The notes beneath the pieces are model-generated. The model had not been told where the DNA came from, did not search any database, and worked only from the letters and a program-made list of their open reading frames with translations. DNA of 64,000 bases from Lytechinus pictus (taxonomy: Eukaryota), in contig NC_087251.1 in NCBI RefSeq assembly GCF_037042905.1, forward strand, positions 40,426,001 through 40,490,000. Direction: 5' to 3'. A program made the translations under genes and the position numbers. Shown here in pieces: positions 54,293 to 64,000 of the stretch (within the stretch, counting starts at the first letter, position 1; every line of letters begins with the position of its first letter).

Positions 54293-57200
54293 GTAAGAAA
54301 TATTTACATAACATTTAAAATCAGGTAAGAAACATAACTAAACATTTAAAATCAGGTAAGAAACATAACTAGACATTTACAATCAGGTAAGAAACATAAC
54401 TAGACATTAACAGTGAGGTAAGAAACATAACTAGACATTTACAATCAGGTGAGAATCATAACAAGACATTTACAATCAGGTAAGAAACATAACTAGGCAT
54501 TTACAATCAGGTAAGAAACATAACTAGACATTTACATTCAGGTAAGAAACATAACTAGACATTTACAATCAGGTAAGAAACATAGCTAGACATTTACAAT
54601 CAGGTAAGAAACATAACTAGGCATTTACAATCAGGTAAGAAACATAACTAGGCATTTACAATCAGGTAAGAAACATAACTAGGCATTTACATTCAGGTAA
54701 GAAACATAACTAGACATTTACAATCAGGTAAGAAACATAACTAGACATATACAATCAGGTAAGGAACATAACTAGACATTTACAATCAGGTAAGAAACAT
54801 AACTAGGCATTTACAATCAGGTAAGAAACATAACTAGGCATTTACAATCAGGTAAGAAACATAACTAGGCATTTACAATCAGGTAAGAAACATAACTAGG
54901 CATTTACAGTCAGGTAAGAAACATAACTAGGCATTTACAATCAGGTAAGAAACATAACTAGACATTTACAATCAGGTAAGAAACATAACTAGACATTTAC
55001 ATTCAGGTAAGAAACATAACTAGGCATTTACAATCAGGTAAGAAACATAACTATATATTTACAATCAGGTAAGAAACATAACTAGGCATTTACAATCAGG
55101 TAAGAAACATAACTAGGCATTTACAATCAGGTAAGAAACATAACTATACATTTACAATCAGGTAAGAAACATAACTAGGCATTTCCAATCAGGTAAGAAA
55201 CATAACTAGGCATTTACAATCAGGTAAGAAACATCTAGACATTTACATTCAGGTAAGAAACATAACTAGACATTTAAAATCAGGTAAGAAACCAAGCTAA
55301 ACATTTAAAATCAGGTAAGAAACATAGCTTAACATTTAAAATCAGGTAAGAAACATAACTAGGCATTTACAATCAGGTAAGAAACATCTAGACATTTACA
55401 ATCAGGTAAGAAACATAACTAGGCATTTACAGTCAGTTAAGAAACATAACTAGGCATTTACAATCAGGTAAGAAACATAACTAGGCATTTACAATCAGGT
55501 AAGAAACATAACTAGGCATTTACAATCAGGTAAGAAACATAACTAGACATTTACAATCAGGTAAGAAACATAACTAGGCATTTACAATCAGGTAAGAAAC
55601 ATAACTAGGCATTTCCAATCAGGTAAGAAACATAACTAGGCATTTACAATCAGGTAAGAAACATCTAGACATTTACATTCAGGTAAGAAATATAACTAGA
55701 CATTTAAAATCAGGTAAGAAACATAGCTAAACATTTAAAATCAGGTAAGAAACATAACTAGGCATTTACAATCAGGTAAGAAACATAACTAGACCTTTAA
55801 AATCAGGTAAGAAACATAACTAGGCATTAACAATCAGGTAAGAAACATAACTAGACCTTTACAATCAGGTAAGAAACATAACTAGGCATTTACAGTCAGT
55901 TAAGAAACATAACTAGGCATTTACAATCAGGTAAGAAACATCTAGACATTTACATTCAGGTAAGAAACATAACTAGACATTTACATTCAGGTAAGAAACA
56001 TAACTAGACATTTATAATCAGGTAAGAAACATAGCTAAACATTTAAAATCAGGTAAGAAACATAACTAGGCATTTACAATCAGGTAAGAAACATAACTAG
56101 ACATTTACAATCAGGTAAGAAACATAACTATACATTTACATTCAGGTAAGAAACATAACTAGACATTTACATTCAGGTAAGAAACATAACTAGACATATA
56201 CAATCAGGTAAGAAACGTAACTAGGCATTTACAATCAGGTAAGAAACATAACTAGGCATTTACAATCAGGTAAGAAACATAACTAGGCATTTACAATCAG
56301 GTAAGAAACATAACTAGGCATTTACAATCAGGTAAGAAACATCTAGACATTTACATTCAGGTAAGAAACATAACTAGACATTTAAAATCAGGTAATAAAC
56401 ATAGCTAAACATTTAAAATTAGGTAAGAAACATAACTAGGCATTTACAGTCAGTTAAGAAACATAACTAGGCATTTACAATCAGGTAAGAAACATCTAGA
56501 CATTTACATTCAGTTAAGAAACATAACTAGACATTTAAAATCAGGTAAGAAACATAGCTAAACATTTAAAATCAGGTAAGAAACATAACTAGGCATTTAC
56601 AATCAGGTAAGAAACATAACTAGACATTTACAATCAGGTAAGAAACGTAACTAGACATTTACAATCAGGTAAGAAACATAACTAGGCATTTACAATCAGG
56701 TAAGAAACATAACTAAACATTTACAGTCAGTTAAGAAACATAACTAGACATATACAATCAGGTAAGAAATGTAACTAGGCATTTACAATCAGGTAAGAAA
56801 CATAACTAGGCATTTACAATCAGGTAAGAAACATAACTAGGCATTTACAATCAGGTAAGAAACATAACTAGGCATTTACAATCAGGTAAGAAACATCTAG
56901 ACATTTACATTCAGGTAAGAAACATAACTAGACATTTACATTCAGGTAATAAATATAACTATACATTTATAATCAGGTAAGAAACATAACTAGGCATTTA
57001 CAATCAGGTAAGAAACATAACTAGGCATTTACAATCAGGTAAGAAACATCTAGACATTTACATTCAGGTAAGAAACATAACTAGACATTTAAAATCAGGT
57101 AATAAACATAGCTAAACATTTAAAATTAGGTAAGAAACATAACTAGGCATTTACAGTCAGTTAAGAAACATAACTAGGCATTTACAATCAGGTAAGAAAC

Positions 57201-60200
57201 ATCTAGACATTTACATTCAGGTAAGAAACATAACTAGACATTTAAAATCAGGTAAGAAACATAGCTAAACATTTAAAATCAGGTAAGAAACATAACTAGG
57301 CATTTACAATCAGGTAAGAAACATAACTAGACATTTACAATCAGGTAAGAAACGTAACTAGACATTTACAATCAGGTAAGAAACATAACTAGGCATTTAC
57401 AATCAGGTAAGAAACATAACTAAACATTTACAGTCAGTTAAGAAACATAACTAGGCATTTACAATCAGGTAAGAAACATCTAGACATTTACATTCAGGTA
57501 AGAAACATAACTAGACATTTAAAATCAGGTAAGAAACATAGCTAAACATTTAAAATCAGGTAAGAAACATAACTAGGCATTTACAATCAGGTAAGAAACA
57601 TAACTAGACATATACAATCAGATAAGAAATGTAACTAGGCATTTACAATCAGGTAAGAAACATAACTAGGCATTTACAATCAGGTAAGAAACATAACTAG
57701 GCATTTACAATCAGGTAAGAAACATAACTAGGCATTTACAATCAGGTAAGAAACATCTAGACATTTACATTCAGGTAAGAAACATAACTAGACATTTAAA
57801 ATCAGGTAATAAACATAGCTAAACATTTAAAATTAGGTAAGAAACATAACTAGGCATTTACAGTCAGTTAAGAAACATAACTAGGCATTTACAATCAGGT
57901 AAGAAACATCTAGACATTTACATTCAGGTAAGAAACATAACTAGACATTTAAAATCAGGTAAGAAACATAGCTAAACATTTAAAATCAGGTAAGAAACAT
58001 AACTAGGCATTTACAATCAGGTAAGAAACATAACTAGACATTTACAATCAGGTAAGAAACATAACTATACATTTACATTCAGGTAAGAAACATAACTAGA
58101 CATTTACATTCAGGTAAGAAACATAACTAGACATATACAATCAGGTAAGAAACGTAACTAGGCATTTACAATCAGGTAAGAAACATAACTAGGCATTTAC
58201 AATCAGGTAAGAAACATAACTAGGCATTTACAATCAGGTAAGAAACATAACTAGGCATTTACAATCAGGTAAGAAACATCTAGACATTTACATTCAGGTA
58301 AGAAACATAACTAGACATTTAAAATCAGGTAATAAACATAGCTAAACATTTAAAATTAGGTAAGAAACATAACTAGGCATTTACAGTCAGTTAAGAAACA
58401 TAACTAGGCATTTACAATCAGGTAAGAAACATCTAGACATTTACATTCAGTTAAGAAACATAACTAGACATTTAAAATCAGGTAAGAAACATAGCTAAAC
58501 ATTTAAAATCAGGTAAGAAACATAACTAGGCATTTACAATCAGGTAAGAAACATAACTAGACATTTACAATCAGGTAAGAAACGTAACTAGACATTTACA
58601 ATCAGGTAAGAAACATAACTAGGCATTTACAATCAGGTAAGAAACATAACTAAACATTTACAGTCAGTTAAGAAACATAACTAGACATATACAATCAGGT
58701 AAGAAATGTAACTAGGCATTTACAATCAGGTAAGAAACATAACTAGGCATTTACAATCAGGTAAGAAACATAACTAGGCATTTACAATCAGGTAAGAAAC
58801 ATAACTAGGCATTTACAATCAGGTAAGAAACATCTAGACATTTACATTCAGGTAAGAAACATAACTAGACATTTACATTCAGGTAATAAATATAACTATA
58901 CATTTATAATCAGGTAAGAAACATAACTAGGCATTTACAATCAGGTAAGAAACATAACTAGGCATTTACAATCAGGTAAGAAACATCTAGACATTTACAT
59001 TCAGGTAAGAAACATAACTAGACATTTAAAATCAGGTAATAAACATAGCTAAACATTTAAAATTAGGTAAGAAACATAACTAGGCATTTACAGTCAGTTA
59101 AGAAACATAACTAGGCATTTACAATCAGGTAAGAAACATCTAGACATTTACATTCAGGTAAGAAACATAACTAGACATTTAAAATCAGGTAAGAAACATA
59201 GCTAAACATTTAAAATCAGGTAAGAAACATAACTAGGCATTTACAATCAGGTAAGAAACATAACTAGACATTTACAATCAGGTAAGAAACGTAACTAGAC
59301 ATTTACAATCAGGTAAGAAACATAACTAGGCATTTACAATCAGGTAAGAAACATAACTAAACATTTACAGTCAGTTAAGAAACATAACTAGGCAATTACA
59401 ATCAGGTAAGAAACATCTAGACATTTACATTCAGGTAAGAAACATAACTAGACATTTAAAATCAGGTAAGAAACATAGCTAAACATTTAAAATCAGGTAA
59501 GAAACATAACTAGGCATTTACAATCAGGTAAGAAACATAACTAGACATATACAATCAGGTAAGAAATGTAACTAGGCATTTACAATCAGGTAAGAAACAT
59601 AACTAGGCATTTACAATCAGGTAAGAAACATAACTAGGCATTTACAATCAGGTAAGAAACATAACTAGGCATTTACAATCAGGTAAGAAACATCTAGACA
59701 TTTACATTCAGGTAAGAAACATAACTAGACATTTAAAATCAGGTAATAAACATAGCTAAACATTTAAAATTAGGTAAGAAACATAACTAGGCATTTACAG
59801 TCAGTTAAGAAACATAACTAGGCATTTACAATCAGGTAAGAAACATCTAGACATTTACATTCAGGTAAGAAACATAACTAGACATTTAAAATCAGGTAAG
59901 AAACATAGCTAAACATTTAAAATCAGGTAAGAAACATAACTAGGCATTTACAATCAGGTAAGAAACATAACTAGACATTTACAATCAGGTAAGAAACGTA
60001 ACTAGACATTTACAATCAGGTAAGAAACATAACTAGGCATTTACAATCAGGTAAGAAACATAACTAAACATTTACAGTCAGTTAAGAAACATAACTAGGC
60101 ATTTACAATCAGGTAAGAAACATCTAGACATTTACATTCAGGTAAGAAACATAACTAGACATTTAAAATCAGGTAAGAAACATAGCTAAACATTTAAAAT

Positions 60201-63200
60201 CAGGTAAGAAACATAACTAGGCATTTACAATCAGGTAAGAAACATAACTAGACATTTACAATCAGGTAAGAAACGTAACTAGACATTTACAATCAGGTAA
60301 GAAACATAACTAGGCATTTACAATCAGGTAAGAAACATAACTAAACATTTACAGTCAGTTAAGAAACATAACTAGGCATTTACAATCAGGTAAGAAACAT
60401 CTAGACATTTACATTCAGGTAAGAAACATAACTAGACATTTAAAATCAGGTAAGAAACATAGCTAAACATTTAAAATCAGGTAAGAAACATAACTAGGCA
60501 TTTACAATCAGGTAAGAAACATAACTAGACATATACAATCAGATAAGAAATGTAACTAGGCATTTACAATCAGGTAAGAAACATAACTAGGCATTTACAA
60601 TCAGGTAAGAAACATAACTAGGCATTTACAATCAGGTATGAAACATAACTAGGCATTTACAATCAGGTAAGAAACATCTAGACATTTACATTCAGGTAAG
60701 AAACATAACTAGACATTTAAAATCAGGTAATAAACATAGCTAAACATTTAAAATTAGGTAAGAAACATAACTAGGCATTTACAGTCAGTTAAGAAACATA
60801 ACTAGGCATTTACAATCAGGTAAGAAACATCTAGACATTTACATTCAGGTAAGAAACATAACTAGACATTTAAAATCAGGTAAGAAACATAGCTAAACAT
60901 TTAAAATCAGGTAAGAAACATAACTAGGCATTTACAATCAGGTAAGAAACATAACTAGACATTTACAATCAGGTAAGAAACATAACTATACATTTACATT
61001 CAGGTAAGAAACATAACTAGACATTTACATTCAGGTAAGAAACATAACTAGACATATACAATCAGGTAAGAAACGTAACTAGGCATTTACAATCAGGTAA
61101 GAAACATAACTAGGCATTTACAATCAGGTAAGAAACATAACTAGGCATTTACAATCAGGTAAGAAACATAACTAGGCATTTACAATCAGGTAAGAAACAT
61201 CTAGACATTTACATTCAGGTAAGAAACATAACTAGACATTTAAAATCAGGTAATAAACATAGCTAAACATTTAAAATTAGGTAAGAAACATAACTAGGCA
61301 TTTACAGTCAGTTAAGAAACATAACTAGGCATTTACAATCAGGTAAGAAACATCTAGACATTTACATTCAGTTAAGAAACATAACTAGACATTTAAAATC
61401 AGGTAAGAAACATAGCTAAACATTTAAAATCAGGTAAGAAACATAACTAGGCATTTACAATCAGGTAAGAAACATAACTAGACATTTACAATCAGGTAAG
61501 AAACGTAACTAGACATTTACAATCAGGTAAGAAACATAACTAGGCATTTACAATCAGGTAAGAAACATAACTAAACATTTACAGTCAGTTAAGAAACATA
61601 ACTAGACATATACAATCAGGTAAGAAATGTAACTAGGCATTTACAATCAGGTAAGAAACATAACTAGGCATTTACAATCAGGTAAGAAACATAACTAGGC
61701 ATTTACAATCAGGTAAGAAACATAACTAGGCATTTACAATCAGGTAAGAAACATCTAGACATTTACATTCAGGTAAGAAACATAACTAGACATTTACATT
61801 CAGGTAATAAATATAACTATACATTTATAATCAGGTAAGAAACATAACTAGGCATTTACAATCAGGTAAGAAACATAACTAGGCATTTACAATCAGGTAA
61901 GAAACATCTAGACATTTACATTCAGGTAAGAAACATAACTAGACATTTAAAATCAGGTAATAAACATAGCTAAACATTTAAAATTAGGTAAGAAACATAA
62001 CTAGGCATTTACAGTCAGTTAAGAAACATAACTAGGCATTTACAATCAGGTAAGAAACATCTAGACATTTACATTCAGGTAAGAAACATAACTAGACATT
62101 TAAAATCAGGTAAGAAACATAGCTAAACATTTAAAATCAGGTAAGAAACATAACTAGGCATTTACAATCAGGTAAGAAACATAACTAGACATTTACAATC
62201 AGGTAAGAAACGTAACTAGACATTTACAATCAGGTAAGAAACATAACTAGGCATTTACAATCAGGTAAGAAACATAACTAAACATTTACAGTCAGTTAAG
62301 AAACATAACTAGGCAATTACAATCAGGTAAGAAACATCTAGACATTTACATTCAGGTAAGAAACATAACTAGACATTTAAAATCAGGTAAGAAACATAGC
62401 TAAACATTTAAAATCAGGTAAGAAACATAACTAGGCATTTACAATCAGGTAAGAAACATAACTAGACATATACAATCAGGTAAGAAATGTAACTAGGCAT
62501 TTACAATCAGGTAAGAAACATAACTAGGCATTTACAATCAGGTAAGAAACATAACTAGGCATTTACAATCAGGTAAGAAACATAACTAGGCATTTACAAT
62601 CAGGTAAGAAACATCTAGACATTTACATTCAGGTAAGAAACATAACTAGACATTTAAAATCAGGTAATAAACATAGCTAAACATTTAAAATTAGGTAAGA
62701 AACATAACTAGGCATTTACAGTCAGTTAAGAAACATAACTAGGCATTTACAATCAGGTAAGAAACATCTAGACATTTACATTCAGGTAAGAAACATAACT
62801 AGACATTTAAAATCAGGTAAGAAACATAGCTAAACATTTAAAATCAGGTAAGAAACATAACTAGGCATTTACAATCAGGTAAGAAACATAACTAGACATT
62901 TACAATCAGGTAAGAAACGTAACTAGACATTTACAATCAGGTAAGAAACATAACTAGGCATTTACAATCAGGTAAGAAACATAACTAAACATTTACAGTC
63001 AGTTAAGAAACATAACTAGGCATTTACAATCAGGTAAGAAACATCTAGACATTTACATTCAGGTAAGAAACATAACTAGACATTTAAAATCAGGTAAGAA
63101 ACATAACTAGACATTTAAAATCAGGTAAGAAACATAGCTAAACATTTAAAATCAGGTAAGAAACATAACTAGGCATTTACAATCAGGTAAGAAACATAAC

Positions 63201-64000
63201 TAGACATTTACAATCAGGTAAGAAACGTAACTAGACATTTACAATCAGGTAAGAAACATAACTAGGCATTTACAATCAGGTAAGAAACATAACTAAACAT
63301 TTACAGTCAGTTAAGAAACATAACTAGGCATTTACAATCAGGTAAGAAACATCTAGACATTTACATTCAGGTAAGAAACATAACTAGACATTTAAAATCA
63401 GGTAAGAAACATAGCTAAACATTTAAAATCAGGTAAGAAACATAACTAGGCATTTACAATCAGGTAAGAAACATAACTAGACATATACAATCAGGTAAGA
63501 AATGTAACTAGGCATTTACAATCAGGTAAGAAACATAACTAGGCATTTACAATCAGGTAAGAAACATAACTAGGCATTTACAATCAGGTAAGAAACATAA
63601 CTAGGCATTTACAATCAGGTAAGAAACATCTAGACATTTACATTCAGGTAAGAAACATAACTAGACATTTAAAATCAGGTAATAAACATAGCTAAACATT
63701 TAAAATTAGGTAAGAAACATAACTAGGCATTTACAGTCAGTTAAGAAACATAACTAGGCATTTACAATCAGGTAAGAAACATCTAGACATTTACATTCAG
63801 GTAAGAAACATAACTAGACATTTAAAATCAGGTAAGAAACATAGCTAAACATTTAAAATTAGGTAAGAAACATAACTAGGCATTTACAATCAGGTAAGAA
63901 ACATAACTAGACATTTACAATCAGGTAAGAAACGTAACTAGACATTTACAATCAGGTAAGAAACATAACTAGGCATTTACAATCAGGTAAGAAACATAAC
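54287..64000 (+). repeat. 31-bp tandem satellite in RCE1 intron 2, each unit carrying a 5' splice-site motif
   Basis: Consensus CAGGTAAGAAACATAACTAGGCATTTACAAT (31 bp), with 29-bp variants (CAGGTAAGAAACATCTAGACATTTACATT). Continuous to the window end; about 310-320 units by length division. Confidence 0.98.

Noticed and set aside
54287..64000. CRISPR-like array of ~31-bp repeats
   Set aside because: Units are head-to-tail with no unique spacers, there are no cas genes, and the context is a eukaryotic intron.

Overview
AT-rich, repeat-dense eukaryotic (metazoan) genomic DNA. The SINE, MITE and LINE types suggest a marine invertebrate, probably an echinoderm or sea urchin; that is an inference. 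The only protein-coding gene I can support is the 5' part of RCE1 (CAAX prenyl protease 2) on the + strand. Exon 1 is at 41450-41577 and exon 2 at 54187-54292; the ORF track missed both. The most striking feature is in RCE1 intron 2: a ~31-bp satellite starts exactly at the exon 2 donor and runs at least 9.7 kb to the window end. Nearly every unit repeats the exon end plus 5' splice site (AATCAG|GTAAGA), giving roughly 300 tandem donors, with 1937-bp and 2921-bp higher-order repeats. Intron 1 holds an intact 3.4-kb hAT-like insertion with an 8-bp TSD, plus several MITEs. The upstream ~41 kb is intergenic: a 44-bp minisatellite, LINE fragments, tRNA-derived SINEs, many TTAA-flanked (Kolobok-like) and Harbinger-like MITEs, and short tandem duplications.
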